From Podarcis melisellensis (lineage: Eukaryota): 64,000 nt of DNA. Location of the stretch: the NCBI GenBank assembly GCA_964234715.1, contig OZ174288.1; one strand, 5' to 3'. Of the stretch, positions 48,501 to 60,318 are shown in pieces (position 1 is the stretch's first letter; each line of letters begins with the position of its first letter). The notes under the pieces were generated by a model. It worked only from the letters and a program-made list of their open reading frames with translations. It searched no databases and was not told where the DNA came from. The position numbers were made by a program, and so were the translations under genes.

Positions 48501-51500
48501 CTTAGTGAAGAAACCTCTTTGCACTTGTTCACAGGAGAGGGTTCTCAACCTGATGCTCAGTCTCTGTCTACAAAAGAGGTCCCTGCTCAGAAGTCCTCAT
48601 CAGACGTGTTCACAGAACAATTCTCTCCTGAAATGAGCTACCAGTCTTACACAGAGCAGAGCCCTTTTGGAAGCAAAACATCTGAAGCTTTGGCCAAAGA
48701 CAATTCGCTTAGTTCCCTTTCATTCCATGGGAAGGATCCATTCCAAGACAGTCATGCCACCCTCACGATGTCTTCTGCAGACACTGTTATGGAAGATGCC
48801 AGAGCCGTATCCTTAGCTGAAAAAGAGCCCATCAAAGAACCATCTCCAAGACCTTCCCCCAAAGAAAGTCCAGGTTCAAAGTCTTCAAGCTTCACAGAAC
48901 CAAGCCCAGTTTTAGAGAAGGAGCCCTCGCAAGTCTCCTCTGAGGAGATGGGGCCTCGTCAGTTGCTGGAAGAGGAGCAGGATACTGAAGAGGAGGAGGA
49001 GGAAGAAGAAGAGGAATCTCCAGAAATGGAAGATATTTATCTGAAAGACACAAACTCTGAGAAGAAAGTGTGGTTTCCAGAGGAGACGAAGGAAGTGCCA
49101 TGCAAAGAGCAAAAGCCAAAGTATGGGAAAGAAAGAGGGGAATGTACCTTCTTGGATGAGGAAGTAGAAAAACATGAAACAAAGGCTCCTCCTCCTCCTC
49201 CCATGACTGAAGAGGGAGTGATTTCTCACTCTGCGGCAGAGTCTGAAGATGACATTTCTGGACTGGCCATGAAAGACATTTGGGACTCAGGATACAGGCA
49301 CTTTCATGAAGACTTTGCCACTTTGAAGCAAGACACACCTCCTGAGAACCGCTTTCCCCATGTGAGTGACAAGGTTGTGGCCCAGCAGGTGCCAGAAACA
49401 TCATCTGACGAAACACAGGCATTTCCACAAGCAGCTGCTGAACACAGTGCCCTGGACACAAAGGAATCCAAGATGCCTGGCTCTATAAGCCCCCCCTCTC
49501 CTGGGCTAGAAAGTGTGTCAACACCCGGCCTGGAATGGGCCATACTGTCCCCTCCACACCAGGTCAAGATTCCACCTACAACAGGGTGGAGGGAGGAGTC
49601 CCCGCTTGAGCAAGCTGAGGAGGAAGTGGCCACAGAGCCATGGTCCAGCTCTGCGGTGGAGCCAGAAGCATCTGCACCAGAGCAGCGAAAGTCCCCTGCA
49701 GTAGACCAAAGTGTGCCCACACTCCAATCAGGAACCACAGAGAGGAGATCAGAGAGTGATGATGTCTACAAAAGCAAGTGGGATCCCAAAGAGATGCAGG
49801 ACAGAGAGCAGGAGGCTGAGGTGGAATCTCACACTTGCTCAGAGGAAAGCCAAAAGGAGCAGGTTGTGAGGGCAGCTCTGCTGAGTCCAGTAGGATCCCA
49901 GGAAGACAGGGCCCCTGCAGTTGTGGAGCCAGGGAAGAGTGAGTCCACCCACCTTGGAGGATGTGGAGACCTCGCTACCCCTTTGCAGGACACAGTCTCC
50001 ATTGACCAAGCAGAGCATCACTCCTGGTTCAGCACCACAGACTCTCCCAGTCAGTCTGGGCTCTGTGAACCCAAAGTTGACACTCTTGGGAAAGGGGAAG
50101 AGAGAGAAGCAACTCCTTACCCTCATGAGAAGACTTTCCATTATGCAGATATCTATGAGAATGTTGTCATGTCTAGCATTGGCCACCTTGGAAAAGATGT
50201 GGGTCTCAAGATAGGGACAACCCTTTACCCCATCTCCTCCAAGGAAGAAGAGTCTTGCCTCTACACTCCTACTGAGAAAGAGCTCTCGTCTCCAGTTTCC
50301 CCAAAGGACAAAGCAGAGCCCTCCTTTGAGTATGCAGAGGTCCATGCCCAGGGCCATCCTCTTCAGACAGCAGAGAAGCCCAGTGTACCACAGAGCTTGG
50401 CAGCCCAGGACGAACCACAGCCTGATGAGAGCCTTGCAGACTCTTCACCTCTTCTGCCAGGAAGTCTGGTGAGCTCCCTGCCTGCAGCCTCTCTAAGGGA
50501 CAAAGGCTTTACCTCCCACACTGATGTGGCAGGCATGCTGAAGCAGGAGGAGACAGCTCTTTACATTGAAGGTGCCCACCCTCCAGATGCAAACATCAGC
50601 CAGGAGCAAAGGTCTCCTTCTCCCAAGCACTCCCTGCCCAAGGATATGTACTATGAGCAAGCCAGAAGGGGAGAAGAGAGCGCCAGCGACTCAGAGCTGG
50701 AGAAGGGGGCCAAGGAGAAGTCTGAAAAGGAATCCAAGCATCCAGGGGAGCCCCCTTCAGCTCTGAAGCCAGCCAGCGAGAGGGAAGAGGAACCCTATGC
50801 AGACATTTCAGGACTGGAGAAGGAGGACTGTCTGTCAGCGACATGGCAAGGAGCGTCCTATGGTGCATTGTTGGGAGAGGAGAGTCAGAAAGAGAGAACA
50901 GCCTTGAAGGCTGAGGATGTTGCTGCCTATGGCAGCCTTGCAGGTCCAGAAAGGCAGGAGTGGGCCTCAAGCAAGCCATGCTCCAAAAAGAAGGAGGAGG
51001 AGGAAGAAGAAGAGGAGGAGGAGGAAGAAGAAGAGGAGGAGGAAGAGGCCTCCATAGGGAAAGGCTTTGGTGATACTGACTCCAAAGGCTTCTGCTTTGG
51101 TTCTGCTGCTAAAGAGAAGGACCCTCCAAAGGGCCCAGCGCTGCTGACGAAAGGGCTGGATTGCTCTTCCTCGGGTTTTGAACTCTCTTCCCTGGGCATG
51201 CACCAGCCATCCATCCTGTTCCGACACGAAGCACATTTCTCATCCCACTTACGGGACAAATCCCTCGCTTTTGGCATCCCTGATTCTGACCCCTTTGAAA
51301 AGGGCAAGAGAGATGAATACTTGGAGGTATCCAAAAAGGTTTCTAGTGAGGATTCATCGTTCGCAGCAGGAGGAGGGAAGATTCTCTCTGGGGCACCCCA
51401 AGAGCAGCAGCTGCACAGGGAGTCATCTAGCTCTCCTGAGGAAACCTTCTTGAGGGCCTCCATCTCAACACATCCAGCAGTCAGTGAGAGCCCCTTGTTC

Positions 51501-54430
51501 CCCCCCTATCGAGGAACAACTGCTGGGCCAGATGCCCAGAGAGCACAGCAACCCACGTCCCCACAGCTTCCAGCAGGTTCTGCAAAGATGTTTTCAGGTG
51601 AAATGGGAGGAGATGCCTCTGCCAGCTTGGGCCTGCCCTCTCTGCCCACTCAGCAGTCTGAGTCCAGCTGCACAGTTAGCTGCACACAGCAGCCCCCAAG
51701 CCCTGGAGAGTGGCCAGCAGCCACTCCCCTCCCTGACATCCTGGCTGTTTCCCCCCACTGCCAGCAGGAGGCAGCTGCCACTGCCAACGGGCCCACAGAG
51801 GTGAGCCTCAGCCCCCTTGCTTTCCATGGTGGGCCACATCTCACAGGGGCAACAAGGAGTGAGGAGGACGACGAGGAGGAAGACGACGATGAGAAGGAGG
51901 ATGACGAGAAGGAGGACTGTGAGAGACAAAGCCGTCCCTCTTCCTTGTTGAGCTGTGAGCCAGCTTTCGCGCCCTTCTTTTCAGATGCCCAGCATGGTAG
52001 CCAAGCAGAGGATCATGGTGACGCCTCCCATGAGTTGGAGCCATCTCTGGGAGCCACCTCAGAGTACGGGCAGAGGTTCTCGTGTGAGTATAAGCAAAGG
52101 AAGGGAGAGCTGTCCCCATCGTTCATCAATCCCAGTCCTCAGGATTCATCAGAGGAGAGTGAATGTTCCCAGGCTGAAGGTCACCCTTCTGTGAAAGGAA
52201 GGCCGCACTCCATCCCTGGTGGCCATAGGCAACCCCCTGCCACAGCAGAAGAAACTCCCCCCACCTCTGCAAGTGACTCTGGCACCTCCCAGTCTGACTC
52301 GGATGTCCCTCCAGAAACAGAGGAATGCCCCTCCATCACAGCCGACGCGGCCATGGACTCCGATGAAGACGCCGATTTCCTCCCAGTGGACAAAGCTGTG
52401 GGCAGCTCCCATCACAGCAGCAGCAGCAGCAGCACAAGAGCTGGTCATGACCCCCCACCCATCACCCTGGTGGACCCCCATCCTCACCCTCCACACCCAG
52501 ATGTCTGCATGATGGACCCCGAGGTGCTGCTCAATGATCAGAACATGAGCAGGCCTGACAAAATATCCAAGAAGGATCTGAAGGAGAAAAACAAAGGGGT
52601 GAGGAAGCCGCTGGGCAAGCCCAAGTCCTCTTCCCCTGCCCGGAAGCCTGAGAAATGGTCCCCGACCCCCTTGAAGCAACAGCCACCAGACCGGCCTCCA
52701 AAGCCAGCACTGGCCAAGAGAGAGAAGCCCCTGAAGGCCCATGGAGAAGAGACGGGTCCCCCCAACCCTGGCAAGAACCTCGTCAATGGTGTCAAAACCA
52801 GCCCAGGTAAGACTGAGCAGAGGCCTGGCCCTCTTGGCGGGAATTGTGGGGGCATCTGTGCTCTCACCTCTGGTTGTTCAGCCGTTTGTCTTCTGCCCAA
52901 AGTCGGGGAGACTTTCCCAGAAGCAGGATGTGCTGCTTCTGCTCCCTGGTTTAGGGTCAAAGATTGCCAGAAGCACTTCCTGTGGATTTAATCTTGGGCA
53001 TGGATGACAAATCAGGCCTACCTTTTCCTGGTGGAAAATACACTATCTCCAGTTCTGAAACTCTGCACTCTGGTGTGGCTATTACCAAATGCATTATTAT
53101 GAGGGGGAATCTCTCTGGAGGGATCTCAGGAAGAGATGCAAAGGGATCACCATCCAGGTGATCCTAGCCAGATGCTAGGATTGAGGTGATACGGAAAACA
53201 GGAAGATACAATGAGAGGTAAAGGAGGTGCTGTGGGATTGGTGGAAGTCAACCCTTGTTTTCCTTTTTAGTGTTTATACTATTAATTTGTAAGTGTTGGA
53301 TTTGTTTTTCATATGTTTGTTTTTGTGTTTTGTTATTTTTTGTTTTCTGTTTCTTGTGTGGAAAATATTAATAAAATTTACTATTTTTTAAAATAAGAAC
53401 AATGTTATGCAAGAGATCCCTAGTTGGGGCATTTTCACCAGGAGCCGATGGGCTAGCAACCACCCGGCCCAGTTGCCACCAGCTGGTTTAATATCCCCTC
53501 CCTCTTCTCTCTCCCTAAGTCTCCAGCAACCCCAAAAGCAGCTCCTCTGTGCCCCCTGGGCCCCCCATCTATGTGGACCTGGCTTACATCCCCAATCACT
53601 GCAGTGGGAAGAACACGGACCAGGAATTCTTCAAGAGGGTCCGGGCCTCCTACTACGTCATGAGCGGCAACGACCCAGGCAGCGGGGAGCCCAGTCGCAC
53701 AGTGTTGGACGCCCTCCTGGAAGGGAAGGCCCAGTGGGGGGAGAACCTGCAGGTACGGGCTGGGCTGGCTTCTCTGTGGAGCCAGTGGGGGGAGGAGAGG
53801 GCGAGAGTTTGCAAGCATGCCTAAGGGCTACAGCAGAGCATGGCTCATGAAGAGCTTGCTTTCTCTGCAAAGTATGACTTCTCAGTGCAACAAGAACTGT
53901 TCACTTGAAGGGAAACTGCCTAAGTCAGTCCTGGCCCTATGCCCACCAGGCAAGCCAGTGCTCAGTTACTGCTTGGTCTCATCTGGCCAGGAAGGCATTG
54001 TCTCCATTGGCCCATCCAGCCACCTCTCCTTGGCCTAGAATCATTCTGAGCCAAGTCCAAAGAGGGAGGCCCACTCACCTCCACCAGATCTGCTCCAACT
54101 GCTGGAAAAATTAGCTCCAGCCTGCTCCTTTGACCCATCCCTGCAGCAAACCTCCTTCTGCCTCTGCAAGGGATGCTCTGTTAGCCAGAGGTAGCTGCCT
54201 TGTTTCCTGTCCCTGCTGTGATTGGCCAGTGCACCAGGGAACCCCTTCCCAGCCTGTCTCTTGTGCTTCCTCAGGTGACTCTCATCCCAACACACGACAC
54301 GGAAGTGACCCGGGAATGGTACCAACAGACCCATGAGAAGCAGCAGGAGCTAAGCATCATGGTCCTGGCCAGCAGCAGCACAGTGGTGATGCAGGATGAG
54401 TCCTTTCCTGCATGCAAGATCGAGTTCTGA
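20943..54430 (+). CDS. MAP1A: Microtubule-associated protein 1A (heavy chain + LC2 polyprotein), about 3066 aa, 7 coding exons
   Basis: Exons 20943-21102, 28897-28998, 43080-43162, 43742-43882, 44481-52806, 53520-53752 and 54275-54430 total 9201 nt in frame. Hallmarks: [46 protein letters not shown] repeats, [22 protein letters not shown] stop. Flanked by TP53BP1 and PPIP5K1 as mammalian MAP1A is. Confidence 0.97.
21640..22570 (-). mobile_element. Degenerate CR1 LINE fragments, interrupted
   Basis: [17 protein letters not shown]-like translation on the minus strand. Confidence 0.7.
23194..23239. repeat. 23-bp perfect tandem duplication
   Basis: GAAAGTGCCTCCTTAGTGAGCAG x2. Confidence 0.9.
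24369..24686 (+). mobile_element. Sauria SINE with 13-bp TSD
   Basis: Homologous to 9872-10229; (ACCTTT)n tail; TACATCATACCCC at 24356-24368 and 24687-24699. Confidence 0.9.
24980..25440 (+). mobile_element. Older L1-like LINE 3' fragment
   Basis: Degenerate similarity to the ORF2 tail at 27300-27500; T-rich UTR; AATAAA and polyA. Confidence 0.6.
26250..26703 (+). mobile_element. CR1 LINE fragment (resumes at about 28032-28130)
   Basis: Degenerate [18 protein letters not shown]1 ORF2 C-terminal pattern. Confidence 0.75.
26722..28013 (+). mobile_element. 5'-truncated L1/Tx1-clade LINE with 18-bp TSD, inserted in a CR1
   Basis: Frameshifted ORF2 C-terminus (ORFs 26698..27093 and 27239..27478) with CWKC..H.WWTC cysteine motif; A-rich tail; AAAGAGACTGCCTTGGAA at 26704-26721 and 28014-28031. 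Confidence 0.9.
28282..28338. repeat. 19-bp tandem repeat x3
   Basis: CATTGATGAAGCTGATCAG-like units. Confidence 0.9.
28897..28998 (+). CDS. MAP1A: MAP1A exon 2
   Basis: caacag| [35 protein letters not shown]|gtcagt. Confidence 0.95.
29282..29302 (+). promoter_or_regulatory. RE1/NRSE (REST site)
   Basis: CGCAGCACCATGGACAGCTCC vs consensus TTCAGCACCnnGGACAGCgCC. Confidence 0.75.
29357..30301. mobile_element. Non-autonomous hAT (Charlie-like) element
   Basis: TIRs CTGGGGTCCTCAAACT / AGTTTGAGGACCCCTG; decayed 8-bp TSD GTATAGGG / GTCTTGGG. Confidence 0.8.
30813..30921. mobile_element. hAT-type MITE (109 bp)
   Basis: CAGTGCT...AGCACTG ends; perfect 8-bp TSD CCTACAAC. Confidence 0.85.
31295..31362. 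repeat. Inverted repeat, 22-bp arms, 24-nt spacer
   Basis: GAGATGTCAACAAAGAGTGTTG / CAACACTCTTTGTTGATGTCTC. Confidence 0.85.
34900..36200 (+). promoter_or_regulatory. Intragenic CpG island in MAP1A intron 2; probable alternative promoter and non-coding first exon ending at 35310
   Basis: CpG-rich; GC boxes; (GCC)n; CGG|gtacgt donor. Confidence 0.7.
38060..38780 (-). mobile_element. CR1 LINE 3' fragment
   Basis: [27 protein letters not shown] (ORF 38530..38718) plus CR1-type 3' UTR. Confidence 0.8.
40110..40920 (+). mobile_element. L2-clade LINE 3' fragments
   Basis: [13 protein letters not shown] motif; RAF..VAP.LWN-like end; T-rich tail. Confidence 0.6.
43080..43162 (+). CDS. MAP1A: MAP1A exon 3
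   Basis: ccctag| [28 protein letters not shown] |gtaaag. Confidence 0.95.
43742..43882 (+). CDS. MAP1A: MAP1A exon 4
   Basis: aaacag| [23 protein letters not shown] |gtaaat. Confidence 0.95.
44481..52806 (+). CDS. MAP1A: MAP1A giant exon 5 (8326 nt)
   Basis: ttgtag|GTT ... CAG|gtaaga; same frame as ORF 44532..52991; short-isoform Met (MDGV) at 44631; LC2 starts near DVCMMDPE at about 52500. Confidence 0.97.
53520..53752 (+). CDS. MAP1A: MAP1A exon 6
   Basis: pyrimidine tract + taag| acceptor (the only nearby AG giving the right frame); [22 protein letters not shown] |gtacgg. Confidence 0.9.
54275..54430 (+). CDS. MAP1A: MAP1A exon 7 (terminal coding exon)
   Basis: cctcag| [30 protein letters not shown]. 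Confidence 0.96.
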   Translation: MTLIPTHDTEVTREWYQQTHEKQQELSIMVLASSSTVVMQDESFPACKIEF

Positions 54431-56888
54431 GGCCCCCTGGCTGCAGCAGCACATCTCATCCGTCCATCTGCCTTCCCCACCCCCCCACCATGCAGCACTG
54501 GGAGATCCATCTACTCACAGCGCAAGTCTCCTTCCTGTCCCAAATGTGGTCTGGATTTGCTGGGCACATGCTGCCTGCACGTGGCTCTTGTTTGCCAACT
54601 TGCCCAGGACGTGTCCAGCATGCCTGGATGTGTGTGGAGTGGAGGGACCCTCTTGGGAGCTGCTTCACTTTTCCAGATTTATTTTGCTGCCTCCGTCATT
54701 GCTGTAGAATAATTCAGCTGCTTTGATGCTGCTTGCGAAAGCGCTGCCCCCTCCCTCCCTGCTTCCTTGCCTGAGGGCTCTTCTGACCTCCAGAACTTTG
54801 TCCGACTTAGCCCACGGGGTAGCTTCAGATGGAAGCAGCACAAGAGACCAGTGAAAAGGAGGACGAGAGCAGGAAGAGAAGGAGAGACACCATTCCTCAG
54901 CCTCTCAGGTGTGAAGTGAGAACTGAGCTGGGAGGAGGAGGAGGAGATGATGACACAGAAAAGTGGAAACCGGCTTGCTTGCCCCCCCAACACTCTGCCA
55001 AAGCTGTGCTGGAAAAAGAATCCAGCCTGGCGCACCAAGGAGTACATTGCAGAGAAGCCCTTCAGCTCTGCAGTCAGAAAATGCCAAATACTGCATCTTC
55101 AGCAGTGCCAGAGGTGAAGCTGGCCCCTGCCAAGTGACTCTGCCCTTTGGAGGAGGATCATGTTCATAAAGTCCCAGTATTTCCCTGAGGGCAAAACAGT
55201 GGCTAGAAGGGGGGAAATTGGGGTAGGTGGGTGGGGACTGGATCCCTCTGGGGATGGAGCTGGCATTGCTGCACATACAAGGACATCCTTTCCTCCCTTT
55301 TGCTAGAACTGAGGGCCAAGCCAAGTGAAGGGGGTGTTTGCCGGCTCTTTGTCCAGCTCCCCGCATGCACTGCCATTCTCCTCACAGCTACTGCAGATAG
55401 AGTTAGAGGCCCTTCAAGCTGTCAGCAGCCACAGTGAGGGCCCCCGTTTTCGTCCTCTGTGCTGCTGGCAAAGCCAGGGCTGATGGCCCAGCACATTGTA
55501 GCCACAGGGAGGGAGGGGGCAGAGCACACTTGGGAAGTCACAAATCATGGGTGTGAAGCTTTGGGCAAGCTCTGAAAAAGCCTTACAGAGTCTTTGGGTG
55601 TGGCTCTTGGTCTAGGAAAGAATGTGCTCAGCCCTCTTAGCTGGTCTAAATTGTTCCTGCCATCAGACTGGCAAAAAAGGAAAAAAGAAAAGAAAAAGTG
55701 GAGCTGGGGAGAATCCCATAGGAACTATTTTTCTGGTCACTTGTCTATATATTTATTTTGGGTTTCTTTGGGTTGTAATTGGAACTGACCTTTTATTGGA
55801 ACTGTGTATGCTATTTTGTGTGAGTGTGTGTGTGCGTGTATTTAAAATATTTTTACTGTGAGCTGCCATCACCACACTGAAGGCTTCTGGGTTTCAGGGC
55901 ACAGGGTAAACATCACATTTCTAAATGCAGTAAGCTTGACAGATGATAGACAAGCCCCTGCCCCCCCCCGCCTTCCCCCTGGCATTTGGTTCTGCAGCCT
56001 CCAGGGGCTCAGTTCCATGCTCCAGCTCCCTGCCCGGCAGGAAGGGGCCCAGCAAGCCCAATTGTTGCTTTCCTGTGGAGCTTATCCATTGTGGTTTGGG
56101 TCTTGGACTTGCCCTCATGGCTTGTGATGAGGCAGCAGCCAGAGACCAGTGCCTACAAGCCATGTATGCTCAGGCCCAGCAGCAGAGGTGGTGGGTCCCT
56201 GGGCCTGGACAGACAAGCTGCTGCGCTAACCCACCTATGAATGTGTCTATCTTAAAACTTGAAGCAGGGGCCAGTGGGATTTAGACCCACTGCTCCATCA
56301 GAGGAGAAAGTACTTCAGGGGAATATCTTCCCCCACATCCCTCCCCGCCCCATGATTACTCAATGATCTGCTCTCCACAACCCCAATTTCCTCACCCAAC
56401 CAGCTTGAGTCCTTCCCCAAAATTTGTAGTTTTGAAGCTGGCTTCAGCATCTCCCTTCTTCACGTTCTACGGCAAACCTTGTAAAAACTGCTGTTTATAA
56501 TGCACCCAGACTGAGCTCCATTAGCAATCCCACTACCACCCACCCAGAGGGACGGTTGGGGAGCCCAGGAAAGAAATGACAAGAAAGACATTGAGCTCCT
56601 GCTTCTGCTTGTTCCTGCATGGGGGCCCCAGCACGCAATTCCTCCTCTGCTGCGTCATGCTCATGGGGACCTTTCTCAAAGGCAGCAGCGGCGAGAAGGA
56701 CTTCTAGCCCAGCTCCCGTTGCTACTGAATGTTGTATAAATAGAGCCCAGTGCTCCCCCCGCCATCCTCCTCTCCTTCATGTTATGTACAATCCAAGGTC
56801 CTGAGTTTCCTCTCCCCCCTCCCCTCGCATTTCTGTGTGCAACTCTCTGTAATTCTAATGATTGTAAATGGAGGGGCCTGCACTAACC

Positions 56889-56894
56889 AATAAA
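56889..56894 (+). terminator. Probable MAP1A polyadenylation signal (3' UTR about 2.5 kb)
   Basis: AATAAA preceded by several UGUA motifs (56733, 56785, 56848, 56863). Confidence 0.7.
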
Positions 56895-57272
56895 GCCACA
56901 TTAACTGCGACTCAGAAGGGGCTCCTGTCCTGCTTCCACTGACTGATGCACTGGCAAAGCGCCCAGCCCTCCTCCACCCACCACCGAGGTCTCTTCCAGC
57001 CTTTTGGAGCTGGGCTTCTGCTCCTCCACCGGCACCCATGACCCAGTGTCTCCCCGGCCCAATGGCATTGAGCTCCATAGGTCAAGGGAAGGAGAAGGGT
57101 TGCTCTGTTCCCTCAAAGCCCCTCTGGGGGCATTCCAGAGCAGCTGCCTGCCTGGGCCTTGCTCCTGCTGCTTCCCTCACCCCACACAGCAGAGGCCTGA
57201 AGGGGTCAGGGAAGGGCAGGCCAAAGAGTTTATCTCCTTTTTGCTTGGTGGGGAATGAACAGAACAACCTGC

Positions 57273-57278
57273 TTTATT
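57273..57278 (-). terminator. Candidate PPIP5K1 polyA signal (alternative at 58148-58153)
   Basis: TTTATT on the plus strand = AATAAA on the minus strand. Confidence 0.45.
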
Positions 57279-59767
57279 GTCCACATACCTTTTGTTCAAA
57301 ACGGCATTTCCAGAAAACTGCTCAGGTTTGTTGTTTGCAGCACAGGAACAAGGATTTGGCCTCTGTTTGTGTAACGTTCCTCATGAGCCATAGAATCAAA
57401 GAATCTTAAAAATTGGAAGGTGCCCAAGGGTCACCTGGTCCAGAGCAAAAGAATCCAGAAGAGAATGGCACCCTAGAAAACAACTGGTTTCCCTTGTAGA
57501 TATGGAACACCAACAAAGAGTGCAAGAGCAGAGCAACCTTCTAGCTGGGCCACCAACACAGGCCAGACAGTGTTGGGAGACCCTCAAGGTGAGGGAAAGA
57601 GCTGCCTCCTGCAACTGTGGTTGTTGAATCCCACCTCTGAACCTGTGAAATTCTGTATCCCGATCACAACCGATTATGTGCAATTTCTTCCTCCACTCAT
57701 CCCGAATCTAGTCCAGTCCATTTCATTGGGCAGCTGTCAGTTCTAAAATTATGTGAGAGGCAGAAAAACTATCTCCACACTGTGAAACCCTCCGTAATTC
57801 TGCCCCCCACTAATTGCCTTCCCCCTCCAAACTAAACCACGGCAGCATGCATAGTTTTTGTTCTGTTCTTTGCATATCAATTTACATTTACATTGGGCAG
57901 CATTTGCCATTTTCTTGCCTATTCACCAAACCTGGAGAGAACCATTTAGGGTGCCGCACAATACAATTTGCTTTTTACACACACACACCTCCAAAAAACC
58001 CCACACACCAAAATGGCATCTAAGGTGGCTTCTCCTTCCAACCTCCAGATCCTTGAGGGAGAAGTTAAAAAGCACCAGCACCAATGCAGACCCTTGCCTT
58101 GTAGGAGTCGGGGGAGGAGAGAATCCCTCTCCTCTGAGAATTGCTGGTTTATTCCTACTCTCTGCTTTGTGTTGTTTAACCAGTTCCTGACCTATAAAGA
58201 AGAGCTGTCCTCTCACCCCAAGGCTGCTAAATTTGCTCAGGAGCCTTTGGCAAGCATCTGTTAAAGCCTAACTGAAAATACAAGTATGCAGGATCCACGT
58301 GTTTGTTGACACACTCAAAAGAACTCCAAAATCTAGCAAGGCCAGATTTGTTCGTCCATATTGGGGTAGTCAATTTAGTGCCCCCCATGTTGTTCAACTG
58401 GAAGAACTCCCAACATCCCAGATCGGTCAGGCAGGCTACATGGAGCCAAAAGGAATTGGCGTCCAAAAATATCTGTAAGGGAGCGTGTTAGCTCCCCTTG
58501 TTCTATATGATGCTTTGTAATTTTCACTTCAAAAAAATGTTCCACCAACCACCCAGAACAGATGTTGCGATGGTGGCCAAGCTGTCCTCCTCTTTGAGCA
58601 AAATGCCCCTGCCTCAGGAAAGACTGCTTCCTTCTCACACAAACAGACCTCCAAGGGTTTTCAGACACCCTCCCTTTGTGTCTCTGATGTCCTGCAGCTT
58701 CTCTTAGCAGTTATATAGCCCTTACTGGAAACGACAGGAGGAAACAGTGCTCTAGTGCTCAGGTCCTGCTTGCAAGCTTTCCACTGGGGCATTTGGCTGG
58801 CTACTGTGAGAAGAAGACGCTGGACTAGATGGGCTTCCACTGGCCTGAGCCAGCAGGTGCATTTTAAGTCCTTTCTAGTGCAGCTGCTAATTCTGCCTAC
58901 GGAATCCCCTCTATACTGTGCAGCAAGAAGGCCTCTCAATGTGCAGGACAGCTGTGCTTCAGGAATTCTTGCCAGCTTAGCCCTGTTCTGTGCAGCCTCC
59001 TCCTCCTCCTCCCGGACCCCCCTAGCTGCCCCTGCACAAAGGCACACCAAGAGACCCCCAAGCGACTCCCTCCAAAGAGACACACACAAGCCACCCGTCT
59101 TGGGAGTGTCGGCGTTTTACTCCATGCACAAAATGCAGCACAAGGAGGATTCCAGGGGACGGCTGTACAATCCCTCGCAAGAGAAACACAGACACATCTG
59201 AACCACGGACGACACATGCCTGGCCATGGAGCGGGGGTGGGGGAGTGGGGACCCCCAGCAGCCCCCTCTACCTGCCAGCACGAATAATATATTAAATATT
59301 TACTCTGTACTGTACACCATTTGGCATCTCATCCACGTGTTTCTAAGAAAACCTGATTTTTCCAAAGCAGCTTTGTACCCTGCCAATGGCCAGCAGGATT
59401 GGAGGACCTCCCCCCCCCCCCAGGAGCCTCCCACCCCCACCGCTGCCGCCAGCAAGGAAGACCTCTTCAGTTCTCGCACTCAGACTGCCAGGGGGACACC
59501 ACTTGGGAGAGGGTGTCTCTTCAAGTCCCCCTCCCCACTCTGCACAGCTGCAGCCAGACACTTTGCAGAAAGAAGGCCATCCTGGCTGGGCCAGTGAGGT
59601 TCATGTCCCAGACGTGGGGGACGGCCCCAACTTCTGCTGGTACAGAGCCCATCCCCGCCAGGTGGACTCCGAGCAAGACAGGGCCCCTGGCTCAGGCAGG
59701 CAGCCTCCTGGAGGGGCAAGAAAGGTTCCCACTTGGCCAGCCTCAGTTGGCAGCAGGCCTCTCCTGC

Positions 59768-60318
59768 CTAAGTGCTGTCCCCAACTGGGAGAAAGGGACT
59801 GAGCAGGGCCTCCTCCCAGGTGGCCTCTCCTGAGCCAGATTCCGCTGCTGCCGCCTCCTCCTCTTCCTCCTCCTCCTCTGGCAGGTCCAGCTCCCTCCGT
59901 CCTTCGCTTGCCTGCCCTTCCCTTGCACCTCTGCTGCTCCCGACCTCCAGCAGCTCCAGTGCTGCGGGCAGCTGCTCACTCTCTTCCCCCACCACCACAG
60001 CCGCCACCTTCTCTTCCTCCTGGGGTGAGGCAGCCTCCTCCCCTCCCTCCAGTTCCTTCTGCAGTAAGGTTGTGGCTGCCTGCCTGCCAGGCTCTGTCTC
60101 CTCTTTCTCCTCCTGCGCTGAGGCTTCCCTGGCAAGGCTCTGCTCTTCTCCCTTCTCCCTGAAGGCTCCGTTGTTGCCCGGCTGGCTCCCCTCCATGGGC
60201 CCTGCCAGCCGCTCCTTGCTGGTCTGAGAGACGAAGCTGAAGCGGGGGCAGCTCTCCACAGAGGAGGTGGGCGACGAAGGGCCTGCGCTGGAGACGGTGC
60301 TGGAGGGACCACTGCTGT
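59768..60318 (-). CDS. PPIP5K1: PPIP5K1 terminal coding exon
   Basis: cttgcag|AC; in frame with ORF 59768..60259; TAG stop. Confidence 0.9.

Noticed and set aside
50028-50048. Second RE1 site (TTCAGCACCACAGACTCTCCC)
   Set aside because: The right half-site is poor and it lies in coding sequence
44826-52960. Antisense ORFs across MAP1A
   Set aside because: Shadow ORFs of a biased coding strand with no recognisable domains
44532-52991. 2819-aa ORF as a stand-alone intronless gene
   Set aside because: It is MAP1A exon 5; the splice sites at 44481 and 52806 bound it, and the ORF tail is intron read-through
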